64,000 bases of DNA from Myxococcota bacterium (lineage in GTDB: Bacteria > Myxococcota_A > Bradymonadia > UBA7976 > UBA1532). Positions 51,377 to 61,022 of the stretch are shown one piece after another. The position numbers and the translations under genes are program-made. The notes beneath the pieces were generated by a model that was not told the DNA's origin, did not search any database, and saw only the letters and a list, made by a program, of their open reading frames with translations. The stretch spans positions 9,086 to 73,085 of the forward strand of contig CAUJDF010000105.1 of NCBI GenBank assembly GCA_963169045.1, in the 5' to 3' direction. The first letter of the stretch is position 1, and each line of letters begins with the position of its first letter.

Positions 51377-53440
51377 CTACTCGAGCTCGTTCTCGGTGTA
51401 GAGGCCGGCGCCGCCGTTGACGTTGCCCTGGGCGTCGATGGTCCCGACGCGCTCGAACGTCGCGTAGACGCCGTCGCAGTCGAGGTCGCCGATGGCGCGC
51501 GCGGTGAACGCGGCGTCCGGGCCGGTGCCGGAGGAGATGAACTCGTAGCGATAGCGGTGGGGCGACTCGACGGCGAAGTTCAACGCCTTCCAGGCCGGGT
51601 GGCGCCAGGCGTCCGGGTCGGGCTCGTAGCGGTCGCGCCCCTGCTTGCAGAAGTCCTCGGCGGGCGTGAGCGGGGCGCTCGGGGGGAACTGGCGCGGCAG
51701 CCGGTTGCCCTCCGCGTCGACCTGGTCCTCGTTGTAGGCGAACACCGCGCTGTCGAAGAGCTTGCGGAGGTTCATCGTCGCCTCGCTCGTCTTCGAGCGG
51801 CGCTGGTACTTGAGGAACGAGGGGATGGCGACGGCGGCGGCGATGCCGGTCATCGCCGCGACGGTGACCCCGCCGCTGCTGCCACCGGTCTTCAGGCCCT
51901 GGTCGTCGAGCTCGACGGTCGCGGCGAAGCCCTCGGACGGCAGGTACTTCTTCATGAGCTCGAGCTCGCCGGCGCCGAGCTCGCCGCCGGCGTTGGCGAG
52001 CGCGGCGTCCATCCAGCCGGCGCCGACGCCCATCGCGTAGATGGCGTCGCCGTCGAGCGCCTTGCCGGCGGGCGTGCCGGACAGGTCGTCCGCGCGGTCG
52101 AGCGCCGCCTCCACGGTGGCCGGGTCGAGCGCGGCGAGCATCACGTCGCCTGCGCGCACGACCGTCGTCGTCGCGCTGCCCCGGGTGATCCGGTAGCCGG
52201 GGTGGCCCTTGATCTCCAGCGCCTCGGACTCGACGCCGCCGTCCTTCGCGCGGCCGAGCAGCGCCTTGACGACCGTGTCGGCCTTCTCCTTGTCGGCGAC
52301 GCCGATGACCACGAGGATCTTCGGCGTCTGCGCGGGCGCCTTGGGCACCTCCATGCCGAGCGCGACGTGGCCCGTGAAGCCGGCGGCGAGGTCGTCGTAG
52401 GACGCGCCGATGGCCATCGGCAGGAAGTTCTTGCCGAGCAGGATCTGGCCCTTGATGTCGCCCTTCGACGGGGGGATGAGCGCCTGGATGCCATCGAACA
52501 GGTCCGTCAGGTTGATGCTCAGGCGCGAGACGGCCCAGCCCTCCTTCGGGAAGTAGCGCGACATCTTCGGCGCGCTGCGGCGCGGCACGGCGATCTGGCG
52601 CAGCGCCTTGGCGCCCTCGCCGTCGGTGAGCAGGCGGAAGCTGCCCGCCTTCGGCCCGAAGCTGAACGCCAGCGCCCGGAAGCGCTGCGTGTAGAACGAG
52701 ACGATGTCCGCGGGCGCCTCGTCCTTCAGGCCCGGCAGCTGCGCGACGCCCGCCGAGGAGGCGAACGTCCACACGCGCGGCCGCGGCGCGCCGTCCTTCA
52801 GCGCGGCGCGAAACGCCTCGTCGCCGGCCAGCGCCGGCCCGGATCCGCCGAGGAACGCGTCGAACTGCGCGCGGAGCGCGGCCTCGTCCGCGCCCTTCGC
52901 GAGCGGCATCACGACCGTCATGTCGCCGCGCTTGCCCCACAGCATCCGCTCGTCGCTCGACGTGGCGATCTCGCTCGGCCCCTTCTGATCGGCGAAGGCG
53001 AAGCTCGCCCCCTTCGCGTTGAGCGCCGCCACGAGCTTCTCGCGGTCGGTGATGCGCGCCAGGATCAGCGGGATGGGCTCCTTGCCGCGCATGAACCGCG
53101 CGTCGACGGCGACGGCGACGCCCGCGGCGGGGTCGACGCCGATCGACTGCCAGCCCTGGGCCGTCGTGGGATCGAAGCCGAGCTTCTCGTTGCGCTTCGC
53201 GGGGTCGAGCAGCTCCGGCGGCGCGTCCTTGCGCAGCGCCTCGGGGAGCTCCCGCAGCAGCGAGTCGGCCTCCTTCGCGAGCTGGTCGAGGTCCTCCGCG
53301 CCGACGACCGCGACGGTGTGCGGGGCGTCGAGCGCCGCCGCGAGGGACGGCGCGCCGCCGCCGCCCGTCCTCTGCACGATGAACCAGGCCGCCGTGGCCG
53401 CGGCGCCGACGAACAGCGTCGCGAAGATCGCCTTCTTCAC
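51377..53440 (-). CDS. 687-aa protein: an N-terminal signal/anchor, a large periplasmic domain, then a C-terminal type-IV-pilin-like domain that lacks the canonical G|FTLIE processing site. GTG start.
   Basis: The C-terminal ...GVTVAAMTGIAAAVAIPSFLKYQRRSKTSEATMNLRKLFDSAVFAY... closely parallels the myxobacterial pilin N-region (AIPNFIKFQARSKQSEAKTNLKAL), and a pilin-like GDLDCDG tail follows. SD GGGAGG precedes the GTG. Confidence 0.75.
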   Translation of the reverse strand: MKKAIFATLFVGAAATAAWFIVQRTGGGGAPSLAAALDAPHTVAVVGAEDLDQLAKEADSLLRELPEALRKDAPPELLDPAKRNEKLGFDPTTAQGWQSIGVDPAAGVAVAVDARFMRGKEPIPLILARITDREKLVAALNAKGASFAFADQKGPSEIATSSDERMLWGKRGDMTVVMPLAKGADEAALRAQFDAFLGGSGPALAGDEAFRAALKDGAPRPRVWTFASSAGVAQLPGLKDEAPADIVSFYTQRFRALAFSFGPKAGSFRLLTDGEGAKALRQIAVPRRSAPKMSRYFPKEGWAVSRLSINLTDLFDGIQALIPPSKGDIKGQILLGKNFLPMAIGASYDDLAAGFTGHVALGMEVPKAPAQTPKILVVIGVADKEKADTVVKALLGRAKDGGVESEALEIKGHPGYRITRGSATTTVVRAGDVMLAALDPATVEAALDRADDLSGTPAGKALDGDAIYAMGVGAGWMDAALANAGGELGAGELELMKKYLPSEGFAATVELDDQGLKTGGSSGGVTVAAMTGIAAAVAIPSFLKYQRRSKTSEATMNLRKLFDSAVFAYNEDQVDAEGNRLPRQFPPSAPLTPAEDFCKQGRDRYEPDPDAWRHPAWKALNFAVESPHRYRYEFISSGTGPDAAFTARAIGDLDCDGVYATFERVGTIDAQGNVNGGAGLYTENELE

Positions 53441-53530
53441 CTTCGCCTCCCTTCGGATCGAAGGCTCGTCGTCGCACAGCTTCGGCCCCGCTGTCGAGCC
53501 ACTCTCGGTCGCGGCCGCGCGCTCGCCGCT

Positions 53531-54412
53531 TCAGGCGCCTCGGACGCCCGTCAGCAGCAGGTCGTACTTGCCGGTCACATAGGTGCGGAAGCGGTGCTGA
53601 TGCAGGTAGCGCCGATAGAACGCCAGCTCCGTCACCACCGTCGACAGATCGGGTTCGCGCAGGTTGCGCATCCGGGCGCCGTAGACGACCTCGCCGTCGC
53701 GGAAGCGCGAGTTCGGGAAGCCGAACACCAGCGCGCCGGTGGGCTCGAGGTGCTGCTGCACGAGACGGTGGAGCAGCGCTCGGTCCTCGACGCCGGGGCT
53801 CTGCAACGCGCCGATGCACAGGACGAGGTCGAAGCGTCCGAGGTCGTCGGAAAGCGCGTTCAGATCGGCGACCTCGAAGCGCTGGCCGGGGAAGCGGGCG
53901 CGCGCCGCCTCGATGGCGCTCGGCGCATGGTCGACGCCGACGACGCGCGTCTGTGGCGGCAGCGCCTCGAGCTCGTCGCCGCGGTTCACGCCGAGGACGA
54001 GCGCGCGCGCCGGCGGCGGGACGCGGTCGATCGCCTCGAGCAGCGGCAGCAGGAAGCCGGCGTCCTCGAGCTTGCGCACGCGGGCGAATTCCGAGTCGGT
54101 TCCGTACTTTTCGCACCGGTCGCCCTCGGCCGGGCCGTGCCACGGGGCCTCGGGGCCGAGGCGCTCGAAGGTGAGCGCGACATGCGTCTCGCCCGCCGGG
54201 CGCGGCGTGCGCAGGCGGCAGCCGAGGCACTCGGCGAGGTCGCACCACTGGCGCAACGGTCGGTGCACGAGCCCGCCCACCACCTCGCCGGCGTACAGCC
54301 CGCGGCCGAGATCCGGATCGGGCACCTCGATCGTGGCCGGGCCGGCGGCGACGGCCGCGCGCAGGTGGCGGACGATGTCGAGGAGCGGCTCGCGGGTGAA
54401 GCGGATCGGCAC
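53531..54412 (-). CDS. Class I SAM-dependent methyltransferase with an N-terminal extra domain, 293 aa.
   Basis: Motif I is RALVLGVNRGDELEAL...VVGVDHAPSAIEAARARF, followed by FDLVLCIGALQ. Confidence 0.7.
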   Translation of the reverse strand: MPIRFTREPLLDIVRHLRAAVAAGPATIEVPDPDLGRGLYAGEVVGGLVHRPLRQWCDLAECLGCRLRTPRPAGETHVALTFERLGPEAPWHGPAEGDRCEKYGTDSEFARVRKLEDAGFLLPLLEAIDRVPPPARALVLGVNRGDELEALPPQTRVVGVDHAPSAIEAARARFPGQRFEVADLNALSDDLGRFDLVLCIGALQSPGVEDRALLHRLVQQHLEPTGALVFGFPNSRFRDGEVVYGARMRNLREPDLSTVVTELAFYRRYLHQHRFRTYVTGKYDLLLTGVRGA

Positions 54413-54558
54413 GGCGGCCAGTGTAAGCCCGCGCCCCGTCCGATGGCCACCGCGCTGGCCACCGGCCGCTGCGCCCGTCCGCTCGCGGCCCTTGTCCGGC
54501 GGGGCGTGCGCGTGGCACGTTTCTTGTTGAGGGGCTGCCGCGACTCAGGGAGCGGAAC

Positions 54559-56301
54559 ATGATGCGCGCTGCGAAGTGGATGCTGTGGCTGCTCGTGCTG
54601 GCGGGCTGCGAGGCGACGCCGACGGGCGAGACCATCGCGCCGGGCCCCGAGGAGGACGGCAAGGCCTTCTTCGAGCCGGCGGCCGAGCCGGACGCGAAGG
54701 AAGACAGCCTGCTCGGCCAGAAGGGCCTGCCGGTCGGCGCCGATCGGACCGACACGGCGGTCTGGGAGGTCAAGAACGCCTGGGAGGACGTCGACACCGC
54801 CGCCGCGCGCAAGGCGGGCGTCGCGTGGCCCGCCGACTCGGGCCTCGACTGGAACGCCAAGTACGCCCTGTGGATCAAGTCGATGCCCCGCATCGACGGC
54901 GAGTGGGGCTACCCGACCTACCAGATGACGACGCCCTACGGGAAGACGCTGCCGGCGCCGGCCATCGAGTGCGCCGAGACGGCCATCTTCCTGCGCGCGA
55001 CGTTCGCCAGCTGGTACCAGCTGCCGTTCTTCCTCGAGGCGACCGACGCGCGCGGCAACCGCCTGTACCTCGGCCACTTCGGCTTCCGCACCGCCGCCGG
55101 TCGCTACGCCGACACGCCGCGCTTCAAGGCGCTCTACGCCGACCACTCGTCGAAGGCCGCCACCTGGCAGGCCGAGGGCTGGCCGAGCGACGCGAAGCTG
55201 CGCGGCCGCAAGCTCGGCGGCAGCCAGGACGATGCGCAGGAGTTCCTCTTTGCCGGAGCACGCGCAGGTGCCTACTTCGACGAGCTCTTCCTCAACAAGC
55301 GCGTCGGCTACTTCATGATCTTCGCGCTGAGCTACTTCGGCTCCATCAACCTGGCCGACCCGAAGAACACCTTCAACCTGGCGCCCGAAGCCACCCGCGA
55401 GGGCGACGTGCTGATCGAGCGCTGGCAGCGCCGAGGCATCGGACACACCCTCGTCGTGAAGAACGTCGAGAAGCCGGTGGCCGACGTGCTCGCCGTCGAG
55501 CTCATCAGCGGCTCGATGCCGCGCCGCCAGGCCAAGTGGGACAGCGCCGAGGCCAGCCGCCACTACCTGACGAACATGTACACCGGCGGTCCGGACGTCG
55601 GCGACGACGGCGTGCCCTACGCGAAGCTCGGCGGCGGCATGAAGCGGTGGCGCAGCGCCAAGGCCGTCGACGGCCGCTGGGTGAACGTGGTCACCGCCGC
55701 CGACCGCGCCGCGTTCGTCGACGCCAGCGACACGGCGAAGATCGCCGCGCGCGTCGCCCGCTTCGAGGAGATCCTGCGCGAGGTCGGCCCCGAGGAGAAG
55801 CGCGACGTCCTGCTCGCCCAGATCGAGGACGCCCGCGCGCACCTGCGCCGCTTCCCGGCGAGCTGCTCCGCCCGCATCCGCCGCGAGGAGGCCTTCTCGG
55901 CGCTCTACGACCTCGAGAGCGACGCCTTCGGCCGCACGCGCCATGCCGTCGACGCCGAGTTCCGCGAGCTCGAGGACTTCGTGCTCGCCGAGCTCGAGTA
56001 CACGAAGAGCAAGACGTGCTGCTGGAACAGCAGCAACGCCGCCATGTACGACATCGTGATGCGCATGGCTTCGGAAGAGATCGCCGCCGAGGGGGAGTGC
56101 CGCGCGCCGACCGTGTTCCGGGCGCAGGGCGGCGGCTACCAGCGCTGGGCCGACTACGCGGCGAGCATCGGCCGCGCCGGCGACTGGAAGGCGTGGAGCG
56201 AGGACGAGCCCTGCGCCCAGCGCGACGTCGTCGACGACACCGAGGCCGAGCACGAGTGGACGCCGTGGTGCGAGGTCGCCGCCGAGATCCAGCCCGAGTG
56301 A
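54559..56301 (+). CDS. Lipoprotein, hypothetical (580 aa).
   Basis: MMRAAKWMLWLLVLAGCEA has a lipobox. The ORF is clean and GC3-rich. Confidence 0.8.
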   Translation: MMRAAKWMLWLLVLAGCEATPTGETIAPGPEEDGKAFFEPAAEPDAKEDSLLGQKGLPVGADRTDTAVWEVKNAWEDVDTAAARKAGVAWPADSGLDWNAKYALWIKSMPRIDGEWGYPTYQMTTPYGKTLPAPAIECAETAIFLRATFASWYQLPFFLEATDARGNRLYLGHFGFRTAAGRYADTPRFKALYADHSSKAATWQAEGWPSDAKLRGRKLGGSQDDAQEFLFAGARAGAYFDELFLNKRVGYFMIFALSYFGSINLADPKNTFNLAPEATREGDVLIERWQRRGIGHTLVVKNVEKPVADVLAVELISGSMPRRQAKWDSAEASRHYLTNMYTGGPDVGDDGVPYAKLGGGMKRWRSAKAVDGRWVNVVTAADRAAFVDASDTAKIAARVARFEEILREVGPEEKRDVLLAQIEDARAHLRRFPASCSARIRREEAFSALYDLESDAFGRTRHAVDAEFRELEDFVLAELEYTKSKTCCWNSSNAAMYDIVMRMASEEIAAEGECRAPTVFRAQGGGYQRWADYAASIGRAGDWKAWSEDEPCAQRDVVDDTEAEHEWTPWCEVAAEIQPE

Positions 56302-56366
56302 CCCGCCCGTCCGCTTGACACCCACGAGACATGCCATGCACCTTGCCCGCGCGGGGGAGGTGAGCG

Positions 56367-58295
56367 ATGCGTTCGTCGGGGTGGGTCCTGCCGTGGTGGT
56401 TCGTGCTCGTGGCGTGCGGCGAGGAAGGCGGCGGCGCGCGCCCCGTCGGTGAGGGCGACTGCCGGCAGGCGGAGCTGGCGTGCGCCGACGGGTTCCGGTG
56501 CCGGGCCGACGCGGACGGCCGCTGGGGCTGCGCGCCCGACGAGCGGGGCGGCGGCGACGACGGGAGCGCGACGCCGCCCGACGCGCACGTCGCCGGCGAC
56601 GCAGGGGCCGCCGGCGACGCAGGGGCCGCCGACGCGCGGGTCGCCGGCGACGCCGCCGCGCCCGACGCGAGCGGCGGCGACGCATCCGCGCCGGGCCGCG
56701 GTCCCGCCGAGGCCTGCGGCGCCGACGAGCAGTGCGCCAGCGGCGAGTGCGGGGCGGCGCCCGACGGCTACTGCGTCCTGACCTGCGACGACGACGTCGC
56801 GTGCGCCCGCGGCACGGTCTGCGGACGCGGGCCCGACGGGCGCCGCGTCTGCCTCGTCCCCTGCGCCGGCAGCGCGCAGTGCCGCAAGGGCTGGGTCTGC
56901 CTCGCGAGCAGCGACGGCGCCAACACGTGCCAGCCGAGCTGCGTCGAGGTGGGCTGCCCCGCCGGCCGCGCGTGCGAAGCCGCGACGGGCGCGTGCGTCG
57001 ACGCCGGCTGCCAGCCGCGTCCCGAGCGGTGCGACGGCCGGGACGACGACTGCGACGGGGTCGCCGACGAGGGCGTGTCGAACGCGTGCGGCACCTGCGG
57101 CGACGTCCCCGAGGAGCGGTGCAATGGCACCGACGACGACTGCGACGGCGCGATCGACGAGGGCGTGGTCAACGCGTGCGGCGCCTGCGGCGACGTCGCC
57201 GACGAGCGCTGCAACGACGAGGACGACGACTGCGACGGCGCGATCGACGAGGGGGTGACGAACGCGTGCGGCGCGTGCGGCGCCACGCCCCGCGAGCAGT
57301 GCAACGGCGAGGACGACGACTGCGACGGCGAAGTCGACGAGGGGGTGACGAACGCGTGCGGCGCGTGCGGTCCCGTGCCCCGCGAGGTCTGCAACCGGCG
57401 CGACGACGACTGCGACGGGCTCGTCGACGACGACGCGACGTGCCCGGCCGGCGAGCGCTGCGAGCGCGGGGCGTGCGTGCCCCGCTCGGGCCCCGCGGGC
57501 GCCTGCCGCGAGGACGCCGACTGCCTCGCCGGCAGCTGCCTGCCCGACGTCCCCGGCGGCTTCTGCGCCGTCGACTGCCGCGAAGACGGGGACTGCGGCG
57601 ACGCGGGCTGTTTCGACCTGGGCGGCGGACAGACGACGTGCCTCGAGCTGTGCGCGGTCGACGCGGACTGCAGGCAGTCGTGGATATGCGCGTGGGTCGG
57701 CGCCTGCGTGCCGCACTGCGAGGTGTCGGGCTGCGACGACGGGTTCGTCTGCACGGCCGCGGGCACCTGCGAGGTGCCCGTCTACACGGTCCGCCTCGGC
57801 ACCGTGACCCTTCGCCCTTACATCGACGCCGACCGCACGAACTGGGACGGCTTCGGCAGCGCGACCGCCGACACCGTCCAGCGCGTCACCGGCGCGCTGC
57901 TCGGCCCCGATCCCTACCTGGCGCTCGTGAACGTCATCGCGAGGCTGGCGATCGACGCGACGGCCGCGCCCGACGCCTTCGGCCAGGCCTCGCTGACGCT
58001 CGACGGCGCGCTCGTCCGCGCCGTGCCGCTGTGGGTGATCGACAACGAGTACCGCCCGTTCTGGGGCAACGTCGTCTGGCAGGGGGTGCCGCTGCAGCCC
58101 GGCGCGGACCTGCGCCTCGAGCTGAACCTGACCGACGAGGACGCCGCCTTCGACGACTCGATCGGCCGCGTCGTCGTCGGCACCGAGGACCTGCGCGACG
58201 CCGCTTTCGCCGGCGAGCCCTGGCCGGTCGACACGAGCGCCCAGGGCAGCCGGAACATCCTGTTCGTCGAGGTGGAGTTGATCCCCGAGAACTGA
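56367..58295 (+). CDS. Lipoprotein with five tandem Myxococcus-type cysteine-rich repeats (CxxCxxDDDCDGxxDEGVxNACGxCG) and a C-terminal beta-rich domain.
   Basis: MRSSGWVLPWWFVLVACGEEGG has a lipobox. The repeats lie at about 57000-57450. Confidence 0.8.
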   Translation: MRSSGWVLPWWFVLVACGEEGGGARPVGEGDCRQAELACADGFRCRADADGRWGCAPDERGGGDDGSATPPDAHVAGDAGAAGDAGAADARVAGDAAAPDASGGDASAPGRGPAEACGADEQCASGECGAAPDGYCVLTCDDDVACARGTVCGRGPDGRRVCLVPCAGSAQCRKGWVCLASSDGANTCQPSCVEVGCPAGRACEAATGACVDAGCQPRPERCDGRDDDCDGVADEGVSNACGTCGDVPEERCNGTDDDCDGAIDEGVVNACGACGDVADERCNDEDDDCDGAIDEGVTNACGACGATPREQCNGEDDDCDGEVDEGVTNACGACGPVPREVCNRRDDDCDGLVDDDATCPAGERCERGACVPRSGPAGACREDADCLAGSCLPDVPGGFCAVDCREDGDCGDAGCFDLGGGQTTCLELCAVDADCRQSWICAWVGACVPHCEVSGCDDGFVCTAAGTCEVPVYTVRLGTVTLRPYIDADRTNWDGFGSATADTVQRVTGALLGPDPYLALVNVIARLAIDATAAPDAFGQASLTLDGALVRAVPLWVIDNEYRPFWGNVVWQGVPLQPGADLRLELNLTDEDAAFDDSIGRVVVGTEDLRDAAFAGEPWPVDTSAQGSRNILFVEVELIPEN

Positions 58296-58733
58296 TCAGC
58301 GGGCGTACTTGGCGCCGAGGATCTCGAGGCAGCGGGTGGCGAAGCCGTCGTCGATGCCGAGCAGGCGCTGCATCGTCTCGAGCAGGGCGTCCTCGGACTC
58401 GTCGACGTCGCCGGAGGACATGGCGATGTCGGCGGCCACGACGAAGAGCTTCTTCTTCACGACCGGGCTCGAGATCTCGCCGAGCGCCTTGACCGACTCC
58501 TTCAGGTTCCCGTGCTTGTGGACGATCTTGTTCGCCTGCTGCAGCAGGTCGCCGAAGTCCTTCCCCTGGAACTCGGGCAGCGTGAAGAAGTAGGCCTGGA
58601 CGGTCTGGATCTCCTTCTGCTCGATCTGGCCGTCGGCGCCGGCCATGAGCAGCATGCCGTGGAGCAACAGGACGTCGTCGCTGGCCTTCTTGGCCGGGGT
58701 GACGCTGCCGACGAGACGCGAGAGCAGGCCCAT
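58296..58733 (-). CDS. TerB-like (tellurite-resistance TerB family) small protein, 145 aa.
   Basis: LLLHGMLLMAGADGQIEQKEIQTVQAYF...KKKLFVVAADIAMSSGDVDESEDALLETM matches the TerB family. SD CGGAGGT precedes it. Only the C-terminal part of table ORF 58296..61013 is real. Confidence 0.75.
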   Translation of the reverse strand: MGLLSRLVGSVTPAKKASDDVLLLHGMLLMAGADGQIEQKEIQTVQAYFFTLPEFQGKDFGDLLQQANKIVHKHGNLKESVKALGEISSPVVKKKLFVVAADIAMSSGDVDESEDALLETMQRLLGIDDGFATRCLEILGAKYAR

Positions 58734-58813
58734 GTGTACCTCCGGGGTGTCGGGTGAGCCGCGGGCATGGTCCGTCGGGCGGGCCCTCAATGCAACAGGA
58801 ACGCGTCGCTGAG

Positions 58814-60994
58814 TCAGAGCGCGCGCAGCGCGTGGTAGGGCCCCGGGTTCAGGCGCAGACCGAGCGGCGACACTCCGGCTCGCTCGACGAACACGTGCTC
58901 CAGCATCTGCTGCTCGAGGCGCCGATCCGCGGCGGACCACTTCGCTCCCCGCGTGCGGACGTCGGCGGCGATGCGGTCGCGGATCTCCTGTCGCCAGAGC
59001 CTGATGACCTCGTGTGCCAGCGTGAAGCCCAGGACGCGCTCCGCCTCGGCGCGCACGCCGTCCGCGTTCATGAAGGTGTCGCGTCCCTCGACGCCGTGCG
59101 CGGGATCGGCGGCGACGCGGATCCCCTCGATGGGTGACGAGTACGTCGTCAGCGCCTCCCGCGGGACGCCGCCCTCGAGGCGCACCCTGTGGACCAGGCG
59201 GCCCTCCCAGCGCTGGACCTCGACGTCGTGCGACCACGTCGCGAGCTCGCTCCGCGCCAGGTCGGCGGCGGGCGCCTGCCGCAGCAGCGCGTCGTGGGCC
59301 TCCACTGCGGCGTCGTACTCGGCGCGCAGCGCCGCCTCGTGGGCGCCGAAGGCCTGCGCGGCGGTGTCGTTGGTCGTGGTGACGGTGCGGACGACGCCGA
59401 CCCCGCGGCGGTCCGCGCCCTCGCCGCGCAGCTCGATGTCCTGGAACGTCGTCTCCGACGTGGTCGCCTCGGGCGCGCCGTACGACCGCCAGACGCCGAG
59501 CGCGTGCGCCTTCTCGTCGACCCTGCCCCGCGCGGCGCGCACCTGCGCCTGCCAGGCCGCCCACGCCGGGTTGGCCGACGTGCCCTCGCGCTGAAACGTC
59601 GCCATCTCGCGCCGCAGCGTGACCCGGGGCGCGTAGGTGAACTCGGCGACGTCCGCGGAGACCCGCAGGCGCGTCTCGGCGAACCTGGTCCATACGTGGG
59701 CCTGTCCGAGCGAGAGGCCGACCTCGGTCAGGCCCATCTCGTTGCCCTGGGCGTGCCAGAACAGCTCGACGATCTGCCCACGGAGGTGCGGCCAGTCGGG
59801 GCCGTCGAGCGCGGGCACGTACACCCGCGCGAGGCGCATGAGCCCGGTGCGGTCCGCCTCGTCCGGCGGGGGGCTCGCCCCGAGGAGCCGCTCGGCGTCG
59901 ACGTAGGGCACGTCTGACTCGGGGCGGGCGCCGATGTTCGCCGTGAGGCGCAGCAGGGCGGCGGCGGTGGCGAAGCGGCCCTCGCGGGACGCCGCCTGCC
60001 GCGCGACGTCGAGCTGCCGGCCGACGTCGTGGATCACCGGTCGCAGCCGCGCGCGCTGCTCGTCCGTGGGGGCGCGGCCGAGGCGCCTCATCTCCTCGAG
60101 CGCGGCGGCGACCGCCCCGATCGCCTGCAGGTCGTCGGGGGTCGCCTCGAGCGTCCCGATCAGCCCGTCGAGGGCCGCGCGCTCCTCCGCGACGGCGGCG
60201 AGCTCCGGCGCCAGCCACGCCGCCTCCGCGGGGGACCCGACGATGCCCAGGATCTCCGCCTGCGCCCACGCGCCGCCGCCGCCGGCGCGCGCGTGCTCGA
60301 GCGCCCGCTCCACGGCCACTCGCGAGACGAGCTGCAGCGGCGGCTCGGTGGGGTGGGGGGCAAAGTCCGACGCCTCGCCCTCGTCGAAGCGCGCGTTGGG
60401 CCAGTAGAGGTGCCGGTCGAGGACACGGATGACGCGCCGTACGCGGTCGCCGTCGAGCACGACGAAGGTCCCCCAGCGCGTGGTGGCGTGCACCGGCTCG
60501 AACGTCGGCAGCTCGGAGGCGCCGTACCGACCCCAGTCGCGGACGTCGGGGGCGCGCAGCAGCACGCCCACGAGCTCGCCGACCTCGAGGCCCAGCGCGG
60601 CCGCGTGCTCGCGCCAGTCGCCGTAGGTCCGCGTCGGCCGGGGCCGGCCGATGACGACGGCGCGCGCGTACCACTCCACGGCTTCGAGATCGCCGGCGGG
60701 CAGCCCGTCGACGCCGGTATAGGCGCCGTCCCAGCCCGCCGCGAAGCTCGCCCCCGCGAGGCGCCCGGCGGCGACCTCCGCCTGCAACAGCTGGGGCCAG
60801 CCGTCGCGCTTCGACATCTCCTCCAGCGCGGCCTCGGCGGCGGCGTGGTCGGGCGACGCCTCCGGCGCCTCGCGGAAGAGCGCGAGCGTGTTCACGAGGT
60901 CGAGCCGCGGCGGCGGCTGGGGCTTCAGCTCGCGAGCGCACGCCGCGAGGCCGGCGAGGAGGAGGAGGGCGGTCAGCGCGCGAAGGGGTGGCAT
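58814..60994 (-). CDS. Lipoprotein, hypothetical (726 aa).
   Basis: MPPLRALTALLLLAGLAACARE has a lipobox. Confidence 0.75.
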   Translation of the reverse strand: MPPLRALTALLLLAGLAACARELKPQPPPRLDLVNTLALFREAPEASPDHAAAEAALEEMSKRDGWPQLLQAEVAAGRLAGASFAAGWDGAYTGVDGLPAGDLEAVEWYARAVVIGRPRPTRTYGDWREHAAALGLEVGELVGVLLRAPDVRDWGRYGASELPTFEPVHATTRWGTFVVLDGDRVRRVIRVLDRHLYWPNARFDEGEASDFAPHPTEPPLQLVSRVAVERALEHARAGGGGAWAQAEILGIVGSPAEAAWLAPELAAVAEERAALDGLIGTLEATPDDLQAIGAVAAALEEMRRLGRAPTDEQRARLRPVIHDVGRQLDVARQAASREGRFATAAALLRLTANIGARPESDVPYVDAERLLGASPPPDEADRTGLMRLARVYVPALDGPDWPHLRGQIVELFWHAQGNEMGLTEVGLSLGQAHVWTRFAETRLRVSADVAEFTYAPRVTLRREMATFQREGTSANPAWAAWQAQVRAARGRVDEKAHALGVWRSYGAPEATTSETTFQDIELRGEGADRRGVGVVRTVTTTNDTAAQAFGAHEAALRAEYDAAVEAHDALLRQAPAADLARSELATWSHDVEVQRWEGRLVHRVRLEGGVPREALTTYSSPIEGIRVAADPAHGVEGRDTFMNADGVRAEAERVLGFTLAHEVIRLWRQEIRDRIAADVRTRGAKWSAADRRLEQQMLEHVFVERAGVSPLGLRLNPGPYHALRAL

Positions 60995-61022
60995 GCGGCG
61001 AGTGTAGCCACACGCCGTGCGT

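Noticed and set aside
53986-56685. 899-aa minus ORF
   Set aside because: It is poly-Arg and antisense to the 54559..56301 lipoprotein and the Cys-repeat lipoprotein.
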